Shown piece after piece: positions 47,581 through 57,452 of a stretch of 64,000 nt of DNA. The DNA is taken from the IMG/VR virus record IMGVR_UViG_3300032050_000002; one strand, 5' to 3'. Under the pieces are notes generated by a model. That model worked only from the letters and a program-made list of their open reading frames with translations, was not told the DNA's origin and did not search any database. Every line of letters starts with the position of its first letter. Positions within the stretch are counted from its first letter, which is position 1. Position numbers and translations under genes: made by a program. The DNA is from a virus. Taxonomy: Duplodnaviria > Caudoviricetes.

Positions 47581-48176
47581 TATATTATTTGTTTTAATTT
47601 TTCCTCAAGCTCTTTTATCGTACTAATTGATAAATCACTTTCAGAATGTTTATTATAAACCGTATCAAATTTTATCACAATTTTATCTGACGGATATTCT
47701 AATAATAAGGCGGGATTTGCGGTAAGTAAAACGTCAATTTCATCCCACATTGAATTAATTGTATAATTACTATAAAATTTTACTTTTTCAAATTGACAAC
47801 CAAACTTAGATAAGAAAAAAAGAGTTGATGGTTTTGATTTACCAATCTCATCTGACACAATAATTAATTCGTGGTCTTCCCTTAATTTTAAATAAACTTC
47901 ATTTAAATCATTAAATGTGTTATATTCTGTTGATTGTGCGTGACCAAATATTTCCATTGGAAATTCTTCATAAAGAAATGAGTATAATTCTTCTTCATTT
48001 TGAAATTTTAAGTGGTCGGATAAATTTAAGGACTCTACAGGTAAAATCATTTCATATTTAAATTCACCGTTGTCTTCAATACCTTCAGTTTTATCAATTA
48101 AAAATTTTTGATAAGTTTGAGTAATTTTATCAATGGTATTTCGTAAAACCCCATTAACTTCAATACCTATTCTCAT
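47580..48176 (-). CDS. HAD-superfamily 5'(3')-deoxyribonucleotidase-like protein with degenerate motif I
   Basis: MRIGIEVNGVLRN in place of the DxDGVL motif. Confidence 0.6.
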   Translation of the reverse strand: MRIGIEVNGVLRNTIDKITQTYQKFLIDKTEGIEDNGEFKYEMILPVESLNLSDHLKFQNEEELYSFLYEEFPMEIFGHAQSTEYNTFNDLNEVYLKLREDHELIIVSDEIGKSKPSTLFFLSKFGCQFEKVKFYSNYTINSMWDEIDVLLTANPALLLEYPSDKIVIKFDTVYNKHSESDLSISTIKELEEKLKQII

Positions 48177-48898
48177 TCTTCGTATTGTTTTAATATTTTG
48201 CTAATAAGTGGATTTCTAACAATATCTTTATCTTCAAACTCAAAAACACCAACGTCATCAATGTTTTTAAATTTCTGTAAAGCATCCCATAATCCACTTT
48301 GCTTTTTGTCTTTATATCTGTCGGTTTGTTCTAAATCTCCAGATATAAAAAATTTACTATTAAAACCAATTCTTGTCAATAGAAGTTTCATTTGATTTGG
48401 GGTAGAATTTTGAGCTTCTTCAAATATTAAAATTGAGTTGTCTATATTCATACCTCTCATATATGCCAATGCAAATACTTCAATAATGTCATTTTCTTTT
48501 AATTTTTCTCTAGCCTCTTTACCGATAATTTTATTTATTAGGTAATAAGAAGGGAAAATATATGGGTCTAATTTTTCTTCCATATTTCCCGGTAACGAGC
48601 CAAGTTTTTCTTCGGCCTCAACTGCGGGTCTAACAATAATAATTTTTTCATAATTGTTATTAGGGTCGGCAAGTAAATCTAAAGCCGCCTTCATCGCAAT
48701 ATAACTTTTACCAACACCCGCAGGTCCTGAACAAATTGTTATTTGATTGTTTGTTAGAAGATTATAATATTTTTTTTGATTTTCGGATAAGAATTTTTCT
48801 TTTGATTTTTTCTTTATTACCTCAAGTATAAATTCTTTTTTTGTTTTATACTTAATTTGTGGTTCTGTATTTTGTGTTGATTTTTTTCTTTTTTCCAT
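48173..48898 (-). CDS. phoH: PhoH-family ATPase
   Basis: GPAGVGKS, RPAVEA.E.LG.LPG, AYMRG, EEAQN, GDLEQTD, DIVRNPL. Confidence 0.95.
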   Translation of the reverse strand: MEKRKKSTQNTEPQIKYKTKKEFILEVIKKKSKEKFLSENQKKYYNLLTNNQITICSGPAGVGKSYIAMKAALDLLADPNNNYEKIIIVRPAVEAEEKLGSLPGNMEEKLDPYIFPSYYLINKIIGKEAREKLKENDIIEVFALAYMRGMNIDNSILIFEEAQNSTPNQMKLLLTRIGFNSKFFISGDLEQTDRYKDKKQSGLWDALQKFKNIDDVGVFEFEDKDIVRNPLISKILKQYEE

Positions 48899-49549
48899 TT
48901 ATAGTTTTTGTTTATTTTTTAAATTATTTATTTTTTTAAAAACTTCTTTATTATTTATTTCTTTTTTCCATCTATCGTCTTTAGAAATTTTATTATAATA
49001 TGAAATAGTGTTATTCCATATTGCACATTTTTTATCATAGAATTCATATACTGAATTCCAAAAAAGAAAATCTTCTCTATTCACCCCTTCAAGGTAGAAA
49101 TTTGGCTTTTTACATTCTTTTAAACATTCATAATGAGATAACACATTTCCGGTATCAATAAAATTAAATTTTGGGGGACTTGCAATTAATCTTAATCTTC
49201 CGTCAGGATTAATTTGCTCCCCAATTAACATACCTTTAAAATTATTTTCTTCACATTCTTTATACTTTATATACATGTTTTCATGTAATAAAGTATCGTC
49301 ATCTAATATACAAAAATAACCATTATTTATTTTTGATAGAGCGTAATTTATTTTTGATACTTCATCAGTATCTTCACAATCAACATTGTATAATCTAACT
49401 CTTTTGTCATTTTTAATAAATTCTAAATCAATATCTTCTCTCTTATTTGACTTAGAAATATGCCAAGTGATGTCTTCATTAATTAAAATAGAATTATAAA
49501 TTGTTTCTAAATTTTCAAATCTATATAGTGCAGTTACAATATTTAACAT
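48899..49549 (-). CDS. GT-A fold glycosyltransferase (GT2-like)
   Basis: MLNIVTA, INYAL, CILDDD, IDTGN, EDFLFW. Confidence 0.75.
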   Translation of the reverse strand: MLNIVTALYRFENLETIYNSILINEDITWHISKSNKREDIDLEFIKNDKRVRLYNVDCEDTDEVSKINYALSKINNGYFCILDDDTLLHENMYIKYKECEENNFKGMLIGEQINPDGRLRLIASPPKFNFIDTGNVLSHYECLKECKKPNFYLEGVNREDFLFWNSVYEFYDKKCAIWNNTISYYNKISKDDRWKKEINNKEVFKKINNLKNKQKL

Positions 49550-49980
49550 TATTTAGTTTTAACAAATTTATACCAAACTCTTTCGTGTATAAAATACAAA
49601 ATCATTTTAGTTATGACCTCAGTTCCTCCTATTGCTAAACCTATTTTTAAATTACCTGTAAGTAACCAACTTATTAATGTCGTATCAATAGTACCAACAA
49701 TTCTCCAAGTTATTGTTTTTGCTAAATGTCTTGCTATAGTATTTTCTTTTTTTTCAGTCTTAATATGTGCAACATTATTTTCTAATTTTAGAACACCTTT
49801 ACAACTGATATGCCATTTATAATCATTTATTTCCAGAATCCAATCTTTTGTAGTGTACGTATTTCCATCAATAATAACGTCAGAAACTAAAATTTCGTTA
49901 CCATTTTCAAGTAATCTCCATCTTTCATTATCTTTAGTTGAATTAGTATTGTATCTAATTTGATATATTTTATTTTCCAT
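49549..49980 (-). CDS. Fusion: small N-terminal domain + DUF2061 membrane domain
   Basis: RHLAKTITWRIVGTIDT...LYFIHERVW is typical of DUF2061, which often lies beside cysC. Confidence 0.8.
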   Translation of the reverse strand: MENKIYQIRYNTNSTKDNERWRLLENGNEILVSDVIIDGNTYTTKDWILEINDYKWHISCKGVLKLENNVAHIKTEKKENTIARHLAKTITWRIVGTIDTTLISWLLTGNLKIGLAIGGTEVITKMILYFIHERVWYKFVKTK

Positions 49981-49983
49981 TTA

Positions 49984-50565
49984 TTATTTCAAGTTTAATT
50001 TATCATAAATAAAATGTGTGCAATCGTCAATTGAGTGTGATTTAGTTTTAACTCTTATTCTTGGATTTATTGGTTCTTCATAAGGAGAATCAATACCAGT
50101 AAACATTTTAATTTGACCCGCCCTTGCCTTTTTATAAAGACCTTTAGGGTCTCTATTTTCACAAACATCTAAAGGAGTATCTACAAAAACTTCTATAAAA
50201 TTTTCTTCACCAATTATTTTTTTGGATTCTTCTCTTTCATTAATAAATGGAGATATAAATGCGGTTATAACTATAAGTCCGGCATCGTTCATTAATTTAG
50301 AAATTTCGGCAATTCTTCTAATGTTTTCTTTTCTATCAGAATCTGAAAACCCCAAATCTTTATTTATCCCTAACCTAATATTATCACCATCTAAAATATA
50401 AGATAGTTTTCCTTTTTCATGTAATAAAATTGATAATTGATTTGCAATGGTTGATTTACCACTGCCAGATAAACCAGTCAACCAAACAACAAATGATTTT
50501 TGATTTAATAATTTTTCTCTATCCGATTTAGAAATTAATAACGTTTGTTTAAATATATTTTCCAT
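49984..50565 (-). CDS. cysC: Adenylyl-sulfate (APS) kinase
   Basis: WLTGLSGSGKST, LDGDNIR, ENIRR, FISP, RDPKGLYKKAR.G.I..FTGIDSPYE. Confidence 0.97.
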   Translation of the reverse strand: MENIFKQTLLISKSDREKLLNQKSFVVWLTGLSGSGKSTIANQLSILLHEKGKLSYILDGDNIRLGINKDLGFSDSDRKENIRRIAEISKLMNDAGLIVITAFISPFINEREESKKIIGEENFIEVFVDTPLDVCENRDPKGLYKKARAGQIKMFTGIDSPYEEPINPRIRVKTKSHSIDDCTHFIYDKLNLK

Positions 50566-50574
50566 TAAATAATA

Positions 50575-51177
50575 TTAGAACTCATATCCAAAATAATCAA
50601 TATCTCTTTTATACATATGATAAACTTTTTCGGCATCTGAGTCGCTATAGTAAGTTCTATAATGGTCGTGGTTAAATTTATTCCTACACTCTAAGTCTAA
50701 ACTAATATTTAGTTTGGTTGAAATGTTTCTATAATCATCATTAATATTTTCGTACCTACCAATGAAGTCAACATTTATATTTCCTTCTTTGTTTGTGAGA
50801 TAATCAAGTTGATTAAATGATATTGATTTTGGGTAATACTCTCCATTTGGATTGTCATGTCCGATTTTTTCTACAATAATTTCTGTAAGATTTAAAAATT
50901 CACTAAAATTTTTTGAATTGTTTAAAACATATTTTGAAAAGTCGTTGGAAACCTTTAAATTCAAAAACATGTTATACCAAGAAACTAATCTATCCCAAGG
51001 ATTCCTAACAAAAGAAAATTTAAAATAATTTTTATATTCATTTTCTAATTCAGTTATAAATGAATGTTTGTTTTTATATTTTATCCCCCCTGACTTTAAC
51101 ATATTTATACTTATAGATGTTCCGGCTGTTTTATGTATATGAACAAACACATATTTTTTATTATGATTAATAATCAT
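50575..51177 (-). CDS. Sulfotransferase (Sulfotransfer_2-like)
   Basis: 5'-PSB FVHIHKTAGTSI; 3'-PB FVRNPWDRLVSWY; FIGRYE; DIDYFGY. Confidence 0.9.
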   Translation of the reverse strand: MIINHNKKYVFVHIHKTAGTSISINMLKSGGIKYKNKHSFITELENEYKNYFKFSFVRNPWDRLVSWYNMFLNLKVSNDFSKYVLNNSKNFSEFLNLTEIIVEKIGHDNPNGEYYPKSISFNQLDYLTNKEGNINVDFIGRYENINDDYRNISTKLNISLDLECRNKFNHDHYRTYYSDSDAEKVYHMYKRDIDYFGYEF

Positions 51178-51379
51178 TTTTTCTATTATTTGATATTTTT
51201 AATATTTCATTATATAATGAATAATCTTCATCGTGAAAATCAATTATTTTTTTTAATAAAACATCATCCACGCTATAAAATTTGTTTTTGTTATTAACAT
51301 TTAAATTTAAAACTTTTAACGAGTGGGAAAAAGATACTCCCGTTGTTTTTGGTATATGTATATTAACTATTTTCATCAT
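51167..51379 (-). pseudogene. Internally deleted sulfotransferase (70 aa)
   Basis: Keeps IHIPKTTGVSF and a C-terminal I...H.ED..LY segment but lacks the R.P..R.S core. Confidence 0.55.
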
Positions 51380-51932
51380 AAAATCTATTTATTTTATTTT
51401 TTTGTTCTTCAGTTAATTTAAATTCATACCTTTCATTATCAGGTTTAAGAGAATGAAAATTTGAAAGTCCAGTCATACCAAGATATTCCTCAATCGATTT
51501 AACGTCAAAGAAATTAAATATCTTAATATCTTTACTAATTTCACCGTTTTCACCAATAATAAATTCTTTATAGTGTAAATTGTGATTATCGAAAATCAAT
51601 GAATTTTTTTTATCTAAAAAATAATTTAAAAAAATGTCAAAATTTTCAACGTATTGTTCTAAACCATTAGAATATTTTCTTAAATAAAAATATTCTGAAA
51701 TAACTCTATCAATATTTGGTCTAATTACAGTAAAAATTTTATTAGTTAATAATCCCATCTCTTTAAGTTCTCTATAGGTACAGTGTTGAGGACTATGACC
51801 ATTTATATAACCTTGTTTTCTAACAGAACGAAATTTCACATCATATCCGTTATCCTTAACAAATTTCTCAATAGAATCTCCACCTGTTTTTGGAATATGG
51901 ATAAATGTTATTTCGTCATTAAAAATCGGCAT
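51363..51932 (-). CDS. Sulfotransferase (Sulfotransfer_2-like)
   Basis: FIHIPKTGGDSI; IRPNIDRVISEY. Confidence 0.88.
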   Translation of the reverse strand: MPIFNDEITFIHIPKTGGDSIEKFVKDNGYDVKFRSVRKQGYINGHSPQHCTYRELKEMGLLTNKIFTVIRPNIDRVISEYFYLRKYSNGLEQYVENFDIFLNYFLDKKNSLIFDNHNLHYKEFIIGENGEISKDIKIFNFFDVKSIEEYLGMTGLSNFHSLKPDNERYEFKLTEEQKNKINRFYDENS

Positions 51933-52871
51933 CAGTCAAAAAAAAATTATAAATTTATTGTGGTATCTTTATAACCATATATGATATGTATATCCTCTAA
52001 ATTAGAGATGTGATTTTGGGAATTCTTATTAATCATCAATTAATTTTAAATTAATATCATTTATAGTGTCATTTAATAAATCGTTATAATAATATAAACA
52101 AAATTCACTTTTAAGATAATACTCTTCAAACCTTTCGTATTCTTTAAATAATTTTTTATCTTCTTTTACAAATTCCTTATAATTCATATTATAATTAGAG
52201 TATAAATTTCTTATAAAATCATTTACAAACGTTAATCTTCCTGACCCAATAATTTTGTGAGATTCGCAATTAATTGATTCTTTAACAACAAATTTAGGAT
52301 GAATAATATCTCTATAAAAATAAGTATCTCCAATTTCAATAGTTTCTTTATTTATAATTGAATTGAATATTTTACCAAATAAAAAATTCTTATCTCTATA
52401 TATAGAATTGAAATTGAATGGAAATAATATTATTACGTTTGAGTATCTACTACCATTATCAATGATATGTTTAGTAATTTTATATTTGGATTCTATATAA
52501 GGGGTATTGTAAAAATTAAAAGGGGTTGACAAATTTATTTGACCTGAATTTTTATTCCAAAGTTCGCATGTAGAATAAATAATTACTTTATTTGCTCTTA
52601 TTATGAAGAATTCAATAAATTCTAACGTAATTGTAAAATTAACTTCATAATATTCATTTATATTTTCTATGAATTTTTTAGATTCGCCAATACAAATAAA
52701 AACCCTATCCCATTTTGAATTTTCATATTCTTGAAAATTAAAGTTTCTACCGGAAACTTTTCTATAGTTATCAGCGAAATAATAAGATAGTTGAGATGTG
52801 TTTCCTATAACTAAGTTATTCATGTTTTATAACCTTAAATTAAATGTTATTTCGTTATTAAAAATTGGCAT
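51902..52871 (-). repeat. 31-bp direct repeats (51902-51932 and 52841-52871, 2 mismatches) flanking the epimerase gene
   Basis: taaatgttatttcgt(c/t)attaaaaat(c/t)ggcat; both copies encode the start MPIFN(D/N)EITF. Confidence 0.85.
52029..52823 (-). CDS. NAD-dependent epimerase/dehydratase-like (degenerate SDR)
   Basis: N-terminal LVIGNTSQL Rossmann strand, YSTCE, YIESK (YxxSK), FNFNS. Confidence 0.7.
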   Translation of the reverse strand: MNNLVIGNTSQLSYYFADNYRKVSGRNFNFQEYENSKWDRVFICIGESKKFIENINEYYEVNFTITLEFIEFFIIRANKVIIYSTCELWNKNSGQINLSTPFNFYNTPYIESKYKITKHIIDNGSRYSNVIILFPFNFNSIYRDKNFLFGKIFNSIINKETIEIGDTYFYRDIIHPKFVVKESINCESHKIIGSGRLTFVNDFIRNLYSNYNMNYKEFVKEDKKLFKEYERFEEYYLKSEFCLYYYNDLLNDTINDINLKLIDD

Positions 52872-52876
52872 TTATT

Positions 52877-53371
52877 TTATATTTTTTCTCCAAAAATCAT
52901 GAAAGAATTATTTAAATCAATCCCTGATTTAAATATGTTTTTATAACCTCTATCTAACATATAATCATAAATAATTTGGGGAGTGAATACATTTTTATGT
53001 TTCAAGTTATTCCAAGGTCTCCAATATACTTGAGAGTAATCAGGTAGATACAAAAAAAGAACTCCACCTTCTTTTAAATTATCATACCAATAATTCATAA
53101 CACTAACCCAATCGTTAATATGTTCTAAACAATGACTTGAAAATATATAGTCAACATTCTTTTTAGGTAAGTTCAAAGCGTGAAATCCGTCATTAAAACT
53201 CAAATCTATTGGTATTGAGTTTGGAAACGACCATTCTTTTTTCATACAACCAATATCATATCCTTCACCATAACAAACTTGTTTTGCAAATGGTATTGCA
53301 TATTGCGATGCGTTTCCTTGAGATTGAAAAATGGGGTATATATTCCCCTTATATTCTATAGTTTTTATCAT
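52877..53371 (-). CDS. Class I SAM-dependent methyltransferase
   Basis: YDIGC, IFSSHCLEH, GGVLFLYLP; start moved to 53371 (ATGA overlap). Confidence 0.82.
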   Translation of the reverse strand: MIKTIEYKGNIYPIFQSQGNASQYAIPFAKQVCYGEGYDIGCMKKEWSFPNSIPIDLSFNDGFHALNLPKKNVDYIFSSHCLEHINDWVSVMNYWYDNLKEGGVLFLYLPDYSQVYWRPWNNLKHKNVFTPQIIYDYMLDRGYKNIFKSGIDLNNSFMIFGEKI

Positions 53372-53967
53372 AAATTTTTTTTTGGTTGGCAAATTATATA
53401 TCCTTCATGCCTATAGTCTTTAACTATAGTGTGTGTATCTGATAATATATCGTAAATAAAATTAACACCTGAAGAAGTCTTCTCGTTTTTTAAAACCCCA
53501 TCCCAATTTCCAGATTGGTAATTTCCTTTCTCATAAATCCTTAAATCATCAATAATGAAAACATCATTCTCAATATTTTTACTTTCTTTTATAATTCTTA
53601 ATTCTTTCTCTAAAGGTATAAAAATTTCTTTATTATTTAAATAATCATTACCAAAACTATTGTCATAAAAATCAGGTAAATGAGCATCTAACCAAAACAA
53701 ACAATTTTTTTTTGTTAGTTGAGGTAATAATTCTATTAATCCATCAATGGAGTTATTTTTTATTAATTTTATTTGGCGATTCTTACTAAACCTTTGGGTG
53801 CAAAGATTGTAAAATTTATCCAATAATTCGATACTATACATATCCTCAAACCCAAATGATGATGCGTAATCTAAACTGTCTCCCATATAAGTACCCGTTT
53901 CTACAAAGACAGATAGATTGTTTTTAATTTTGTATTGATTCAAATCAAATATTTTAAGTGTGCCCAT
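53368..53967 (-). CDS. SAM-dependent methyltransferase-like protein
   Basis: FVETGTYMGDS, SIEL, FWLDAH, IIDD. Confidence 0.75.
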   Translation of the reverse strand: MGTLKIFDLNQYKIKNNLSVFVETGTYMGDSLDYASSFGFEDMYSIELLDKFYNLCTQRFSKNRQIKLIKNNSIDGLIELLPQLTKKNCLFWLDAHLPDFYDNSFGNDYLNNKEIFIPLEKELRIIKESKNIENDVFIIDDLRIYEKGNYQSGNWDGVLKNEKTSSGVNFIYDILSDTHTIVKDYRHEGYIICQPKKNL

Positions 53968-53968
53968 T

Positions 53969-54589
53969 TTATTTTTTTTTAAAAACCGCGGTTAATATGT
54001 TTTTATCATTGTTAGTATTTTTTCTTATAATGTCTTCAATATTATTATAATTAATAAGTTCATATTCATTTTCATTCATAAAATTTATTAATGATTTTTC
54101 AGAAAAATGAAATAAATGTTCATTCGGCCTAAGGTGTCTCCATTTAGAAAACCATTCATCTGAAAAATTATGACACCAAGGAACCGAAATAACAACATAC
54201 TTAGTTTTTAATTTTTTTACAAATGATATATCTTCAAAATGTTCTAAAGAGTCAAAAAAAGTTACAACATCTACCTCAATTTCTATAGATTCAGATAGTA
54301 AACATCCTTCAGGTAATTTATATCCTGATATATCATAACCGTAACATTTGTTTATCGTGTTTTTACAAACAGATAAAAAATCACCATTTCCATAACCGAC
54401 ATCAAGTATTGAATTTGGAATATGTCCAATACTCCCTATAATAAAACCATATCTTAAATAGGACATTCTAACACCCAATTCACCATATGTATTATAACTC
54501 CTCTCAATATATTCCGTGTCGTATTTTCTTTTGTTTATTACCGATTGTTTAATAACACCGTTGGGTAATTCTTTATAATTTTCTAACAT
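53969..54589 (-). CDS. Class I SAM-dependent methyltransferase
   Basis: ILDVGYGNGDFL, GYDIS, FFDSLEH. Confidence 0.85.
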   Translation of the reverse strand: MLENYKELPNGVIKQSVINKRKYDTEYIERSYNTYGELGVRMSYLRYGFIIGSIGHIPNSILDVGYGNGDFLSVCKNTINKCYGYDISGYKLPEGCLLSESIEIEVDVVTFFDSLEHFEDISFVKKLKTKYVVISVPWCHNFSDEWFSKWRHLRPNEHLFHFSEKSLINFMNENEYELINYNNIEDIIRKNTNNDKNILTAVFKKK

Positions 54590-54593
54590 TTTT

Positions 54594-55280
54594 TTAATTT
54601 ATTAATTTCCAATTAAGTTTAGATTTGGCAAAATCTTTACTAGGTCTACAATATGTGTGAAAAAATAGTTCATTTTCAAAATTGAAAGAGTCAATCATCA
54701 TTCTAAATGATGAATCCATACAATGAATTTCTTTAGCGTTCTCAATAAGAGTTAAGTAGTCAAAAACATTTTTCGTAAGTTCTGGTATAGGTCTAATAAC
54801 TTTTTTATTTTTTAAAAATTCATTTCTAATATTAAAATTCCTAAAATTGTCATCATGTACAAAAATATATTCTTTTTTAATAAGATTAAATTTTTCAAAA
54901 AAAATTAATTCTCTTTTGAAATCTCTTTCACATTTAAAGTTATTCCATCTTTCATTGAAATCAATAGAATTACTTAAATAAAAATTTTCATCGAAGCTAT
55001 GTGACATAAATTTATTAGTTAAAGTTATTCTTATAATGTCTTCTTTTTGTATTTTATTTTTTAAAATGTATTCATACACAAAATTGTCATTAGTCGCATA
55101 GTCTTGGTAACCTGAAATAAAATTTATGTTTTTTAAATCTCTAAACATAAATTTTAAACTTTCTAAGTTTTGTTTATGGGAAAAAATTAGATATTCTTCA
55201 TCATCTCTAATAATTTTACGGAGCATACCGTTACAAATAAAAAAATCTCCAAGACCTAAATGAGGATATATATATTTCAC
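54594..55280 (-). CDS. Putative glycosyltransferase-like protein (GTG start)
   Basis: HLGLGD N-terminal motif, FVH, IHCMDSS as in GT9/GT11-like folds. Confidence 0.5.
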   Translation of the reverse strand: MKYIYPHLGLGDFFICNGMLRKIIRDDEEYLIFSHKQNLESLKFMFRDLKNINFISGYQDYATNDNFVYEYILKNKIQKEDIIRITLTNKFMSHSFDENFYLSNSIDFNERWNNFKCERDFKRELIFFEKFNLIKKEYIFVHDDNFRNFNIRNEFLKNKKVIRPIPELTKNVFDYLTLIENAKEIHCMDSSFRMMIDSFNFENELFFHTYCRPSKDFAKSKLNWKLIN

Positions 55281-55281
55281 G

Positions 55282-56004
55282 TTATTTTATTTTTTTAAAA
55301 ACTCTATTATGACCAACACAAATTAATTCAACAAAATCAGTATCTGATTCTAATTTTTCTTTAACCGCATTACAAACGTCTATATGACCTTTAAATCTTC
55401 CCGGTTCGTTAGATAACGATTTAAAACAAGAAGAATCGTCTAAAACAACAAATCCGTCAACTTTTACAATTTGTTTTGTGAGTTCTATATCTGAAATAAC
55501 ACAATTGTAATCGTGACATCCGTCAATATAAACAATATCAAAAGATTTCATGTTAATTAACTTGGTTTTAATTTCGGTGTTAGTCGAGTCCCCTTTAATT
55601 AAATTAATATTTGAATCAAAATTCAAATTAAAATATTTAAATAAATCTTTAATTGTCTGTTCGTAATTAGTCTTTTCATAAATAGAAAATTTATCTCCCG
55701 AACTATCAAAAGGCGACGCACCATAAAATTCTACTTTTTTATCATAATTGTCTGATAACAATTTTATCAGACTAAGAACTTGACCTTTGTAAACCCCAAT
55801 TTCTAAAAATTTGAATTCTTTTGGTTGTAATTTTATTAGTTCCCTCCACATAGTATGAAACGGTCTTTCACCATATCCTAAATTATTTTTTTCTATGTGG
55901 ATTCTGTGTTTTAACAATAATTCATCTTTTAAAAATTCGGACATAAATGTTTGATATATTTTGTCCAAATTAGATTCTTTTTGATTTTCTAAAATTAAAT
56001 TCAT
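55282..56004 (-). CDS. Class I SAM-dependent methyltransferase (Methyltransf_24-like)
   Basis: FLEIGVYKG, IKGDS, IVYIDGCHDY..V..D, VVLDD. Confidence 0.85.
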   Translation of the reverse strand: MNLILENQKESNLDKIYQTFMSEFLKDELLLKHRIHIEKNNLGYGERPFHTMWRELIKLQPKEFKFLEIGVYKGQVLSLIKLLSDNYDKKVEFYGASPFDSSGDKFSIYEKTNYEQTIKDLFKYFNLNFDSNINLIKGDSTNTEIKTKLINMKSFDIVYIDGCHDYNCVISDIELTKQIVKVDGFVVLDDSSCFKSLSNEPGRFKGHIDVCNAVKEKLESDTDFVELICVGHNRVFKKIK

Positions 56005-56007
56005 TTT

Positions 56008-56691
56008 TTAATAAATTGATGGTTGGAAATAATTATATTTTATTTTATCAGTTCCAAAATTTATACTTTTTAACTTATTTTTGATAAATAAGTTTGTCAA
56101 AATACTTTGGTCATATCTGTGTTCTTTGAAATTATTTATATTTGGTAGTCCACTCACGTTTTGTATTTCAGTTAAAATATTTTTATTTTTGGTAAATTCG
56201 TACCATTCTTCGACAAATTTTACGTTAAAATCGTTATTTTTTAATCCAACAACTCCGGCCTCTAATTGCACCGAATTATGATATTCGGGACTATCACATT
56301 CCATTAATACAAAAGTATCTCTTTTTGTCCACTGTCCATGATTATAACCTCTATTAACGAAAAAATAATCGTTATTTTTAAAATGTTCAACTATAGAATC
56401 AAAAAAAGGTTTTAATGGTAAATCAGTTGAATCAACATAAAGTAGTATATCTTCTTTACCAATTTTATTTAACTCATTTAATATTATAAAAGGTTTCCAA
56501 ATGCAATACCCATATCCCCTTTTATACAATAGAATTTCTTTATGTTCTTCTAAAAATGATTTTGGTAAATCATCTTGGGTTAAATTAATTTGTTTATTAA
56601 TACCAATTCTATCTAAATGATTTTTTAATTTATTTTGCGAATCAATAAAATTTCCTTTCGCAAAAGTTAAGACAATTATATTATCATACAT
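56008..56691 (-). CDS. Putative GT-A glycosyltransferase
   Basis: GYGYCIWKPFII, LLYVDS, EHRYDQSIL. Confidence 0.65.
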   Translation of the reverse strand: MYDNIIVLTFAKGNFIDSQNKLKNHLDRIGINKQINLTQDDLPKSFLEEHKEILLYKRGYGYCIWKPFIILNELNKIGKEDILLYVDSTDLPLKPFFDSIVEHFKNNDYFFVNRGYNHGQWTKRDTFVLMECDSPEYHNSVQLEAGVVGLKNNDFNVKFVEEWYEFTKNKNILTEIQNVSGLPNINNFKEHRYDQSILTNLFIKNKLKSINFGTDKIKYNYFQPSIY

Positions 56692-56696
56692 AATAT

Positions 56697-57452
56697 TTAA
56701 ATTTTATTATTAATTAATTTTTTATGACTTTCATCATAATCAACATGGTGGGTTTGAGTTCCGTGCGAATTTAATTGGAAGTGTTTTATTAATCCACTGG
56801 TTAATTTCATTTTTTTATTTTTTATTAAATAGAAAAATGAAATTGCTCTTTCTTGAGCGTGACCACAATATTCATCCTCTTTTATTTCGTCTATTAATGG
56901 TTCAAACCAATTCATATATTCGTTAAAAATTTCTTTTTTAAATGTTATGTTATTAGTTGATGACCAAAATGAATCCGGATATGTTTTAACGATAGAATCA
57001 ATAATATTTTTTACATCTAAGTTATGTATTTTTTTAATTGCCGGTAATACACTTCTAACCCAATTATTGTTATTAATAAAATGGTAATTATCTAATCTAA
57101 TTGGAACATACCCAACCAAGTCACAATCTTCATTGAAGAAGTTATCTATTATTGTTTCAAACTGTTCTGATAATACTACATCGTATTCAATTAACGAAAC
57201 ATAATCTGTAGTCACCAAATTATTTTTCCAAATCATATACCATCCTGTAAATGCGGTAAAAAGAGGATAGTCTTCTAAATTTTCTTTAAAATTTCTTGCG
57301 ATTAATACATTTTTTAAATTACTAATTTTGGAAACGTCTTTTTTACCAACAAAAACATAACAATAATCTTTTAAATTTTTAAATTTATTATTTTGTTCAA
57401 ATTGTAAAAGAAGTTCTTGGTCGTGAATAAATATAAATGTTTTATGTGTCAT
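56697..57452 (-). CDS. Putative GT-A glycosyltransferase (DUF4422-like)
   Basis: LIEYD, NNITFKKE.F..Y..W, ERAISFF. Confidence 0.55.
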   Translation of the reverse strand: MTHKTFIFIHDQELLLQFEQNNKFKNLKDYCYVFVGKKDVSKISNLKNVLIARNFKENLEDYPLFTAFTGWYMIWKNNLVTTDYVSLIEYDVVLSEQFETIIDNFFNEDCDLVGYVPIRLDNYHFINNNNWVRSVLPAIKKIHNLDVKNIIDSIVKTYPDSFWSSTNNITFKKEIFNEYMNWFEPLIDEIKEDEYCGHAQERAISFFYLIKNKKMKLTSGLIKHFQLNSHGTQTHHVDYDESHKKLINNKI

